Shown here one piece after another: positions 39,037 through 50,611 of a DNA stretch of 61,601 bases. Source of the DNA: Octopus sinensis (Eukaryota). Where the stretch lies: the NCBI RefSeq assembly GCF_006345805.1, contig NW_021833886.1, positions 1 to 61,601 on the forward strand, written 5' to 3'. Numbering within the stretch: the first letter of the stretch is position 1; each line of letters begins with the position of its first letter. Made by a program: the position numbers and the translations under genes. The notes beneath the pieces were generated by a model, which worked only from the letters and a program-made list of their open reading frames with translations, was not told the DNA's origin and made no database searches.

Positions 39037-39165
39037 GTACAATACATGAAGTCATGTTACAATTTTTCACATCAATGCCTGTTATTTAATCACAGACGTT
39101 AACCTAATTATTTTAATGTCAATTTAATCAAACAAATTTTATTATAAAAAACTAAAAAATTCTTT
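39037..39165 (-). pseudogene. Deleted fragment of an NPC2-like paralog
   Basis: Near-identical to 30418-30467 joined directly to about 30563-30645; begins at the TA abutting the Tc1 terminus. Confidence 0.8.
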
Positions 39166-40169
39166 GCAAAATTTTTTTAGAGCTATTCAGCAAGAACAGG
39201 CCAGATCTTTGTTTTATTCTTCAGTTTTTTAACAATCACTTCAAGCGATCCAAACAATTAACATTAAAAAAATATCTAAAATAATTAAAATTCTCCAGTA
39301 AATTTTAATAGTCTACACTAGGGACCTTCTGTACTTTAAGTGAACATTCTCTAATATCGATGGCGCCCAATTCCCTTTACGTTCTTCTTAGTAAAGAAAA
39401 TAATTGGTCTTAATAAGGTTACTTTAGAGTTTGCGTCATGAGGAGTCATGGACTTTCAAATTCGGAAAGGATTCGGACAAACTGTTTGATCGTACTTGTG
39501 ATAGCTTCAATTTCATTTTTGGCACTGTAGTCCAGATATTCTGATGTGTTAGAAAGGTCAAGTAGAACAATACAAAACCTCTTGTTTATTCCCTTTATTT
39601 TTTATACGTTATTATCTGTTATTCTTGTGCTACATAATTTATCAATAAAATTTAATTTCGTAAAATTTTTTTGACAATATTTTAATTTGTTTGATTTATT
39701 TCCATGTTGTTTATTTCTGTATAGTTTACTTATTACTGTTCATTGTTTTTATGTTTATTGGTTCTCCAAATTCATGTTTATCAACAAATCGATTTGAAGG
39801 CATATATAAATACTGATAAACATTATTAACAGTGAACAGTGCATTTTTATATGATTGGATTTTTTATTTTTACGTCTTAATGATTTAAAACAAATAATTA
39901 TATTAAACAAATATCGAATAGATTTCAGATATAAAAAAATTTATTGGAATATTTTTTCGAAATTGAGTAAATTGTGATTTCATTTGCCTGAATTCTCATC
40001 TAAACATAATCTAACTTAACAAACCTCAATTTTTCACATATTTGAGTACTGAGGAGAACATTGACAGAGAATGCACCAATCCATCCATCTCTAATTTTTT
40101 TAATCTATTATAATCTATTTCAGACGTCACCAAACTACGGCCCGACGTGACCGATTTAGCTACATGCTC

Positions 40170-40532
40170 CATTTCAGGACTGACATTACAGGGGGGACAT
40201 TACTCCCCACGTGGACTACTCAGAGGACTGACATTACAGGGGGGACATTACTCCCCAAGTATACTACTCAGAGGACTGACATTACAGGGGGGACATTACT
40301 CCCCAAGTGGACTACTCAGAGTACTCTCCTTACAGGGGGGACATTACTCCCCACGTGGACTACTCAGAGGACTGACATTACAGGGGGGACATTACTCCCC
40401 AAGTATACTACTCAGAGGACTGACATTACAGGGGGGACATTACTCCCCAAGTGGACTACTTAGAGTACTCTCCTTACAGGGGGGACATTACTCCCCAAGT
40501 ATACTACTTGGTCACGGTATACTACTTGGTCG
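40170..40532 (+). repeat. 48-bp minisatellite, 7 units, with a 144-bp higher-order pattern
   Basis: Core TTACAGGGGGGACATTACTCCCCA starts at 40186, 40234, 40282, 40330, 40378, 40426, 40474; variant order A-B-C-A-B-C-B'. Confidence 0.97.
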
Positions 40533-41399
40533 ATTTTTCTGACTGAAATCAAGATTTAAAGACAAAAGAGTAACAATTTAACAAAACTCAAATAGAAAAT
40601 GCTTACTGGAAATTGCTAAGAAAGGAAGTATATAGTTGAGCTAGTCCGAGAAATAAATGCATTTGATATCTAAAAATCGATAGGTCAAATGATTTGTTGA
40701 TCCTAATTAAGTCAGATTGCCGTTTTAACCATATCAACTAAATCGTAGTGCTGTCTGTTGATAAATCAATGTCTACAAATATGGCTGTCAAATTCTGGAC
40801 ATAATAGGATCTTAACTCGAATTTGTGCAAATAGTTTACGGTAAAGCTTAGTAATACAAAGTTAGAAGATGTTTTGCATATGCAACGCCAACCCTTACTT
40901 ATAATTAGAATCTTTCATAAATAAGACCAGATCATTGGAAACTTTGACACTCGAATAAACGCTGACGCTTTCTTTTATAGAAAAAAGTTTACTTCATCTG
41001 AGTATTTGATATAACCGCTCACTCAGTCTATATGATAAGAGAAGTCTTGAATCGAGATGTGTTTTGTCTTTTTCTTTTGGCCATTCCTTTTTAATTGGAA
41101 CCAAAAAAATTGTCGATATAGACAAGAGATTGGAATAGACATACTCCAAGTGAACTTGTTTTTGATCCAGGCTCCCTCAACAAGCTTCTGTTTTTTAAAT
41201 AACAAGATAGAAAACATTAATATAACTGAATGACACAGTTTAAAGATATAGAAAATGTAAATATAGACACTGAAGCTGTTATAAAAACCTTTGACACACA
41301 CCACCAGATGATCAATTATAATGGACCTAGAGCTAAAAGGGCTGTACGTAATATAATGTTAACATAAGGAATATTTCTAATCCCAAAACTATTCAGGAC

Positions 41400-41612
41400 C
41401 CCGGCTGACAGCCATCACAATGGCGTCAATCTAGACGTTACTGGATAACGAATACCTCCGCATCGCAGTTTCTCTGCGCCTTGGATTGATGCCTTGCAGT
41501 CAGACGATTGGCACACAATGACTACACCCGCTATCTTGCTGTCATAGCGCTGGCCATTTCCCCTGCCACTCTGAACTTAATGATATGGTAAGCCATGCCC
41601 TACGGGATTCCC
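41400..41612 (+). mobile_element. Degenerate CRE internal fragment
   Basis: LLDNEYLRIAVSLRLG...LHPLSCCHSAGHFPCHSELNDMVSHAL. Confidence 0.7.
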
Positions 41613-42001
41613 TAATGTGTTCAAAGCTTGTTTCTCTAATGTGTGAAAGGAGACTGATTCTTAATAAAATCAAGAATCCTAATGATAAACGCATCTATGC
41701 CGTTCTTAGTTTGTATTGTGGGATTTATTCACATGCATACTTTAATTATAAAATGTACTAAATGCATTGTGAAATTTTTCATTGTAAAATAATGTAGTCC
41801 AGACGTCACCAAACTACGGCCCGCGGGCCGGATCCGGCCCGCGACAACATTTTATCCGGCCCGCGCACTATTTCGAGATATTCAATTAATACCTTAATAA
41901 TTAACTTAAATAAAAACTTTAATTAAAAAATTAAACTATTTTGCAAGATTTAATTCGAAAAAAAACTTATCAGCATTAACGTTAAATTTTTCTTTGTTGC
42001 T

Positions 42002-43812
42002 ATGTCTAATATGAAAAGAAAGGTTGACCGCGAATGCCGTGTATTCAATAAATTATGGGAATTGAAGTATTTTTTTGCGAAAGATGAATTAAAGCAGAAA
42101 GCTTATTGTTTAATATGCCACGAACATCTCTCTGTTATGAAGGAGTATAACATTCGACGTCATTATGAAACGAATCATGCTCCGATATATTCCAAGTACA
42201 CTGGAAAGCTACGTGAGGATAAAGTTGAATCACTGAAACGCACTTTACAAATTCAACAAGGCCTTATAAAAAAAAATTTTGAAAATAATGAAAATGTAAC
42301 AAGAGCTGGAAACGAGATAACGAAAATTATTTCACAACACGGGAAACCCTTTAGTGATGGGATGTATATCAAAAATTGCATTATTGAAGCAGTTAATTGT
42401 TTGTGCCCACTAAATTCTTCCTTATTTGATGGAATAAGTTTGTCGGCGAGTTCTGTATCACGGAGAACTGAAGAGCTTGGAAAAAATATATATTACAAAT
42501 TTGTGAAAAGACAAGTAATATGTTGTGGTATTCTCTTGCATTGGATGAGTCAGTTGACATTTCGGGAACATCGCAACTTCTTATTTTTATTCGTGGAGTT
42601 GATGAGAATATTTCCATAACTGAAGAACTGGCATCTGTTTGTTCTATTCATGGAACAACCACTGGAAAAGATATTTTTGATGAATTGGAACAAACTATAA
42701 GTGACTATAACCTTGAATGGGAGAAACTGAGTTGTGTTACGATTGACGGGGCAAAGAATATGGCTGGTTCTAAAAAGGGTCTAGTTGGGCAAATAACTAA
42801 TAAATTGGAGGAATTACATATTTCAAACACTTTGTTCATTCATTGCATCCTTCATCAGCACGCACTATGTGCGAAGGCTCTTAATATTTCATGTGTGTTG
42901 AATCCAGTTATTCGCATAATAAACTTTGTTCGAGGGAGCTCACTTAATCACCGTCAGTTTAAAGTTTTACTTGACGATTTTGGATCTGAATATTTTGACT
43001 TACCATATTACACTGCAGTTAGATGGCTTAGCTGTGGTAATGTATTAAATAGATTTTATAAACTCCGAAGTGAGATTGATATTTTTCTAACCAGTAAAAA
43101 TAACTATTATCCCGAATTATCAGATCTTGCTTGGCTATCAAAATTATCATTTTTGGTTGATGTTACAACTCACATGAATGAGCTAAATCTGAAATTACAA
43201 GGAAAGGAAAACTTAATTTGTGATTTCTACAGGATAATTAAAGCATTTCGACAAAAATTGATGTTATTCGAGTCACAACTTGGAGTACGTCAGTTTTCAC
43301 ACTTTTCTTGTTTTAAAAGTTTTTGTGAGGCAAACTGTAATGAGATCGACATTACTTTCCAAATTGGAATTATCAAAGAATTAAAACATCATTTTTTACA
43401 TAAGTTTTCTGAACTTGACAAAATTGAAAGCGATATAATTTTGTTCGAAAATCCATTTTCTTGTAATGTTGAAAATGTTCAACATGAATTACAATTAGAA
43501 GTTATTGACTTACAATCAAATGAACAGCTCAAAGATTGTCACAGACGGACCAAACTCGCTGAGTTCTACGAATATCTCAAGGATGATGAGTTTCCGAGAC
43601 TAAAGAATTTTGCGATAAAGATGATTTCTATATTTGGCACAACTTACCAATGTGAGCAAACGTTTTCGAGGATGAAATATGTTAAGTCTGCCCATCGTGC
43701 AAGATTGACTGACGGACACTTAAAATCAATTTTCATGATAGGATGCAGCAATTTAAAACCAAATATTGATGAACTTATCAAAAAAAGATCACAGTTCCAT
43801 AGCTCTCATTAA
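42002..43812 (+). CDS. hAT transposase (GTF2IRD2/EPM2AIP1-like), split by a single -1 frameshift near 42481-42495
   Basis: BED-like CLICHEHLSVMKEYNIRRHYETNH; YSLALDESVDISGTSQL, TIDGAKNMAG, IHCILHQHALC, VRWLS, GTTYQCEQTFSRMKYVKS; ORFs 42002-42619 and 42520-43812 overlap in different frames. Confidence 0.88.
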
Positions 43813-44435
43813 AATTTTTGTTTACTTTATTTTTGTTTAAATTAGCAACGCACACTGCGTCCTCGCCGCTGGAACTTAACTATTTTCGGTGTTAATTTTC
43901 CAAAAAAAAAAAATGAGTCATTAATTAAAAAAAAAAAAAAATTGTAAAAAACACACTTATGAATTTCTAGTAAAATTATAATCCTATGCACGTGCTCCGG
44001 CCCGCGTTCATTGTGTTGGGGTCAATCCGGTCCGCGAGTGCAAAAAGTTTGGTGACCCCTGATCTATTTGATTAAATTTAATTCATTGAAAATCAAATCA
44101 AATTCCATACTAAAATTCAAAATGTTTGTATTAGATAATTTTCGGGTTGGATAATCTTTCTTTAAAAAACTTTTTAGAATTGAATAAACATAACCTAATG
44201 ATAAAATTGACCAAATTAATTCCTTTTTGATCAGTTTTTTATTTTAAAAATTTACTTTGAAACCGAGTGACTATTGAAAGGTCAATTTAATGCCAAATAA
44301 CCCCCAAATATATTATTGGCTCTTTCTCGAATAAACAAATTTTTGATTATTAATTTTAAAAATAATTATATATTATCACTAAATTTTGATTTATATATAT
44401 TTTATTATTTACTTGCATTATCTTTGGTGGATTCA

Positions 44436-45896
44436 ATGCACCTGACTAAAATTAATGAGATTGCACACTTTATGAACACACAATCATTATTTCGAAAAAG
44501 GATAGTATATTCATTATTAATATCTTTAACAATATCCATAATTCTATTTATCATAAGGTATATAATAAGTATAATAAATTCAGGAATGAAATCCTAATTA
44601 GTAACGATTCTACTACAGATCTAATTTCTTACTACATCGCTACTACATTTGGGATATTCTCTCTACTATCTACTCTTTTTGGTGCTATTAGACTTGCATC
44701 GTCCTTCCTGATTGAGCCTCGTCCCCAAATGGATCAAAGTACGAGAAAACTAATGGGAATAGACCCACATGGTATTACAATACTAAACTATATACAGATT
44801 CAAGATTTGTTGATGTTTCCAATGTGGATAGTGTTTTATCTAGAGAGAGTGAAACCTTATATAGAGTTAGCCCCTATATATACTAATTGGAACAGCTCTA
44901 TCGAACAGGATTGATTAATTCTTACAGCCATTCCCCTTTCAACGATAAAACTGATACAAAACAGATCAGAGATGAAACTGAGAGTTCAAATAATATTCCG
45001 AATTCGACCGATCAAGTTAATTTTTTATTTCTTTTAGTAAGATGTGGGAATATTTCAATATTGAGTTTTCACAGAGAAGAACTTTGATAAAAACAATTCG
45101 ATATGTACTGTGCTTTGTGATAATTTATAAGTTTATATTCTCGCTCATTTTGAAACCTCTTGTGAACAAGATTGCTCAGGATACGACCCAGGATGGCTCG
45201 ATTTTATCAAATTCTGACGGGTTTAACAACCCAGTGCTTAATCATGATACATTCTTGAATTATTTCCTCGATTTTCCTGGAGATCGAGATTATTTCTTGT
45301 CACGACTAAAAAGTTTCTTTAATTTTATGATGTTTTTTAAGATTTAGCTTCTGATCAATATTTGTGCGATTTTTTGTGGAATTCTGGTTCAAGATTTGGC
45401 AATTTTTATTGGAATGCTTCCCGATTGCCCACTGATTCTGCCGTTTGTTGAATTCATTTATTTGTAGATAATATTTCACCTCTTTATGTGCTATATGGAC
45501 ACTTTGATCACTCCATTAGAATGTGATAACGATAAGTTTTCAAAGAAATATTTTCGATCTTCCCCTTTAATTGACAGTATTTTATATTTTAAATACTTAT
45601 TTTTAGACTCGAGGTTTGATAGCTCCAAATCCTGTGATGTTTATATTCAACAGAATAGCATTAGTCCTCCTAATTATTGTGTGGTTTGGAAAGGATTAGT
45701 TTATACAACTGATCAAGTTTGTTTTTGTTATGTATTGTAGGGGGCTAATAATATGTTTGAGACTATTGGGTTGTTCTTTATTGTTATTAAGAGGCATTTT
45801 AATGGAAGGATTGGGTTAGTGTCTGTTTTTCAAAATTTTAGAGTTAAATCACTCAATGAAATATTCGGGAATAAATTAGCTGATCGCTTGCCGTGA
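44436..45896 (+). CDS. TMEM209: Transmembrane protein 209 ortholog (start approximate), several tiny introns
   Basis: Two N-terminal hydrophobic segments then QSTRKLMGI; ILKPLVNKI, RDYFLSRLK, LPTDSA, SISPPNY, GANNMFETIG match recalled TMEM209 motifs; introns such as 45718-45740; stop 45894-45896. Confidence 0.75.
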
Positions 45897-45967
45897 TTTT
45901 TTGTGTTTTTATGTTTTTTTTACTTTTTTATAATGAAATTAAATGTGTTTAGTCTTTGGATAAAATT

Positions 45968-46296
45968 CATAGCAGAATGCCTTGGGAAACGTCCGGCACG
46001 CCTTTTGCACGATAAAGGGTGCAGACCGAAAGGGTCAACAGTGCAGCTACAGCGGCAGTGTGCGGGACACATTGCCTTAGTCCGAGGCGCAGAGAGACTC
46101 CGATCCTTACCGCTTCATCGTCAAGGAGAGTGCCAGATGGGGCGTTCGGGAATGCACAAAGCCAAGCTCCACAAGCCGGGGATGCTGCCGAAAAAGGCAA
46201 GCGCGGCTGTGCTGGTTGGACGACTCGAGTAGCAGATTGAAAGTTTTCTTGCATCTAATTCTGTCCCAGGCTCGTTGAGACATTCGAAATTATTTA
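45968..46296 (-). mobile_element. CRE internal fragment flanked by 22-bp direct repeats
   Basis: QRAWD...LFSAASPACGAWLCAFPNAPSGTLLDDEAVRIGVSLRLG...GRFPRHSAMN; TGTTTAGTCTTTGGATAAAATT at 45946-45967 and 46297-46318. Confidence 0.85.
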
Positions 46297-46507
46297 TGTT
46301 TAGTCTTTGGATAAAATTTATATTCATCATTATAACTGAGTTCTTTGAATGTCATCAAAAATTTGAATACTTTATATATAAATAAAAATGAAATAGGTAA
46401 CTGGTTGTGATAGTTTGAATGTCTTATTAGTCTAAAGTACGTTGTTTTTAAATTTATAAAAAATTTGATTTTTGAGTTGTATACATTTTTATTGTGACTA
46501 TTATATA

Positions 46508-47455
46508 CGAAAACAACTTCAGTTTTAGAATTTGCAAGCTGAATTTTATAATTCGCAAGTTCAATTTTATAATTGGCATGGTCAATTTTATAATTGCCAT
46601 AATTTATAATTTCAAAGTCAAAATTGTATTTGCTGCTTTTTGTTGATGTCGACCTTAATTATGAAATTCGCCGCATTTAATCAAATTCTATGATGTCGAG
46701 TACAAATGATAAAAAAGAATCTCATGCTTTGAAAAAAAGAAGATAAAACAAATTTCAACTTCATATTCGTCGTTCAAAAGGTAAAATAATTAATTACTAA
46801 AAAGGTTGGTCAAAAGTTATATCACGTGCATCGTCTGTAAGTCAAAAGGTATTGCAGCGACTTAAAAAGGTCAAAATATTCATGTAATTTGAGCTATTTC
46901 AACGCGTTAAGAAATCAAACGAGGCTCTTTTAAGTCTGACGGAGCAAACAAGTTTGTCAAGAACTGTTTTGCAAGGTCTATGAAATAAACAACTCCGGGG
47001 CCGTAGTTATAATTGACAATGTTCCATGCCATTAACGACTGAAGAAAGCCTTCGTGAAGAAGAGTTCACAATGCATCGAATTCTTCGATTGACGTCATAT
47101 ACTTTTATGACCAATCCTATTGAAAATGCATGGTCAATTTTGAAGGCAGGAGTGAAAAAAGATTTATCAACTTATCTTCCATCCATTTTGGAAAATAATC
47201 TAACGTACTTAACGCAAAAAGAACATCGCTTACGGTGTCTTGTTATGATTATTGAAGAAAACATTATAGCAAACATTTAAATTATAAACTTTCAGGTGCG
47301 ATTCAAATTCAAAACGTGTGATTTTAAAAATAACGCTCATTTTTCATTTTTTTCTCTAATTTAATACGTTGTCGATTAGTTAAATTGTAAATTATAAAAT
47401 TGAAGTCTCAGATTTAAAATTTAAGTTGCCGATTATAAAATTGAATTTGTTTTGG
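46508..47455 (+). mobile_element. Degenerate IS630/Tc1-family element
   Basis: Imperfect TIRs C(G/C)AAAACAA(C/A)TTCA with TA flanks and repeated subterminal AATTTTATAATT units; remnant MTNPIENAWSILKAGVKK. Confidence 0.65.
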
Positions 47456-47489
47456 TATAGAATGTTACATTGTCGTCACATATGAGTCT

Positions 47490-47870
47490 TGTTCATCTCC
47501 CCCGGAAAATCGTCCACTACCTTATTTACCGGCTCTCGGCACTCTCTACAAATAATTCATCGAACCAACAATTGGCTATGCCTGCGCCGCATGGGGTACT
47601 AATCTCTCATGGTCTAACCGCCTTAAAATTGAGACTACACTATGCCGAGCCGCGGCTAGCATAACGAAAATTTCCAACTTGAACAACATTATCCCAACTC
47701 CGCTTGACCACCTTATTAAGAAAGATAAAAAGGGTTTCTTAGCCATCCAACAGGACCACCTGCCAAAAGACCAAGACCTTAACAACCAGAAGCACATCAC
47801 CCCGATTCAATTTCTCCCGCACTTGCGTTAAGTCCAGAGTCCAACATCGGGAAAAGCTGAGAAAGATCTT
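47490..47870 (+). mobile_element. LINE RT C-terminal fragment (same family as 26805-27335)
   Basis: FIEPTIGYACAAWGTNLSWSNRLKIE parallels YFEPCIAYACGSWGSRLSWSNRRRIE. Confidence 0.7.
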
Positions 47871-48197
47871 GAGGATTGTTGGAGTCACCTAATTAATTAC
47901 CCTAATTAACTGTTGGTGATTCCTGGGTTAAAAGAATGTTACATTAACTATAAGCACATCAGTGGTCTCAAAGATTTTTAACTAATATGATCTTTGGATT
48001 TTTTTCTAAACCAATTTGAATTATTTTAAATTGAGCTTTTTTTATTAAGACACAACACACAAATGTAGAAACTAGCAAATTGCAGATTTGTACATTTTTA
48101 ATATTTGCAATGAAAATACAAATCACCAAAATACTGTTAAAAGTTAAATAGGTGGGTAAAGCATGTTTTACTGTGTTAATTTTGTTTAAATAGTTAG

Positions 48198-50477
48198 TTA
48201 ACTAATAAGCTCTACAAAATCCGACCAACTTTCCTCCAATGCCCCAGAAAGTTTCCCAACCTTTAATGAATCATACCCGCCAACGCTGCTTTTGAACATA
48301 TCATTCGATATTTGATACCCTTATAATACTAAACCATCCAAATGTCAACCAAAGGCATATCCATCGTCAACAACCGGGCCAAATCCACCGAATTTAATTG
48401 CAGGACCTGACAAAGTTGATCCAGAAAGTACAAAATGATTCATAAATTTGTAATTATCATCCTGGAATATTTCCAAATTAGTTATATTAGACTCTTCCGC
48501 AATACACCGAAGAGCAAATAAATGTCGGTCAAATCCTTTTCCTTAAAATATTACATATCCTCAACCCGTAGCAGCATCTTTGACTAACAGAGAATGAGCA
48601 TCACTTGCTTTTATAAATAATTCTCGAAGTTCAGACTTTTTGTGGACATTCGATCTTTTTGACATCATTTTGGCAATCTCAATCGCTAAATTTGTGGTAG
48701 GACGAATAGTCTCAGTTCTCCCACATTTGAACGCTGCAGTAGAACAAGACTCATATGTGGCGACATTGGTCTCAAATGCCCGTCGATAAGCCACCTAAGT
48801 AGTTATTTAAGAACTATATTTTGAACTTGGAGGAGAATTTGGATGACTGCATCTGGGCCTAATTTGTGTTTTTTGATTATATTCTTATTTATTCTGTTTT
48901 CTTGTATAATTTCAATATTCAGAGAATTCAGTTTAGTTTCGTGCTTAATTCTGGCATTTTCAATTTGAGAAATTGATTTTGAATCAAAATTAAATTCTAA
49001 AACATCTTAAATATATAAACCTAGCTTTTCTGGGATCAAACTGCAAGTAGAAACTTCAAAAACAGAATTATTCGTTTCAATTTTGTCAGAAATTTCGTTA
49101 ATAAAACGCAAAACTGAAATTCCATCGCCCCAAGAATGTTCAAAATTGACAGCCGACACACAATCATTATTAACAATAACAGAAAGAGACTTGTCAAACC
49201 AACTATTAAAAAGAATTTGTTTTAAATATTTAAACAACCGATTATATGCATTTCCTGCCAGACATCTCAGCAGACAAGACTTTTCATCTTCATGACTGTC
49301 CATCACATCAAGACACAAACAAAATAGAGATCTATCAATCTGTCTCAAAACATTTTCATTTTCTTAAAAAACAAGCTAATAAAGCACTTTGGTAAAAATT
49401 AGAGCGAGCCAAAGCCCACTCATCTCTTGGTAGAGTTGTGAAATATCCAGGTGAGTGATAGTTTATTATTTGTGCTTTTGGATCGTTATAAATCATTTTT
49501 AATGCATTGAAAATGTTATATTCGGAATAAGGCTCTAAAAATAATATTCCCAATCACCATTTGTGGATTTATCTAATACTTTCAAGGAATAAAAGTGGCC
49601 ATTATACACGACCAAAATTTCCGACGAGTCTTTACATGTGACAAGACTATCAATACCAATTCTATAATTTCAAAATATTAAAATCCAATCAAAAACCCTG
49701 GAATCCGATTGGTGGAAAATAATTTATCATATTGACTCATATCCAAGGGATAAGCAGAAAATAGATAAGAAGCATATGTTCTAAATGCAGAAGGACATAG
49801 ACTATAAATATATTAATTAATTTATTTTCACTTCATTGCATATTTGTATGTCAAATTATTTTTTGGTGAAGGACTTTTTCCAAAAAATACGTCGGGATAT
49901 AAAACGTTGCTTTCCAGGAATTCTTTAAATTTTAGAGAAGCGATGATTATATTTGTGGCTGTGATTAACTTTGGAAATTAACGAATGTTTAAACGTTTTG
50001 GTATTTCGAGGGATTTGAATTTTTTGCAGTAAATCCAATGCAAGGATTAAAATTTAGTGGAAGACTTGTTCGAGATTTTAAATATAAATCAAGCCAGAAT
50101 TCTAAATAAATAAATAGTTTTATAAAATACGATTAATATAACTTGATTGCGGGTTTCTGGAATCTCTGTCTATCAACTGTTTTTGAAGTTCTGGGATTTA
50201 GTAAAATAAAATTAAAAAACCATTTCCAACTGTTTTTTGAAAATCCAAACAAATTTGACTCGTTTTTTCATATGATTTTGCAGAGACAAGTGGTCGAGTT
50301 GCATTTAGGTATTTGGATATAGTGCTTTCAAGCGACGGAATTGGTAATCGCGGTAAACTTTTTTGGAAGAAATCGGTTGGAAATGATCCACTAAAATGAT
50401 TACAAAACAAAAATTAAATTTTAATTTATTAAAATGTTTACTTACTTATGAAGAAACCTCAATGTTTTAACAATCAT
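48198..50477 (-). CDS. CPT2: Carnitine O-palmitoyltransferase 2 (start approximate), multiple tiny introns
   Basis: PTDFFQKSLPRLPIPSLESTISKYL, IDRSLFCLCLD, WFDKSLSVIV...FEHSWGDGISVLRF, ATYESCSTAAFKCGRTETIRP; stop 48198-48200. Confidence 0.9.
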
Positions 50478-50611
50478 CAAGATTAAGCATAACAGAAATT
50501 ATTGAAAACTATTTTAAATTTTTATCTTTTTTTATATTTATTAAAAAGTTAAATTAAATAATTTTATTTAAAATTTTGTAATTTGTTTTTTTATTGTATA
50601 ATTTTTCATTA

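Larger units (their letters stand above)
40121..44061 (+). mobile_element. hAT (Buster/Charlie, GTF2IRD2-like) transposon with duplicated left end and 1.65-kb internal cargo
   Basis: 8-bp TSD ATCTATTT at 40113-40120 and 44062-44069; left end CAGACGTCACCAAACT at 40121 and again at 41800; right end AGTTTGGTGACCCCTG. Confidence 0.9.

Noticed and set aside
40170-40532. CRISPR-like array (hairpin-forming constant part alternating with variable part)
   Set aside because: The variable parts are three recurring alleles, not unique spacers; no cas genes; eukaryotic context.
40147-40542. Two repeat-protein ORFs (GGHYSP / TDITGG repeats)
   Set aside because: A 48-bp (3n) tandem unit stays open in several frames by default; there is no domain similarity or splice context.
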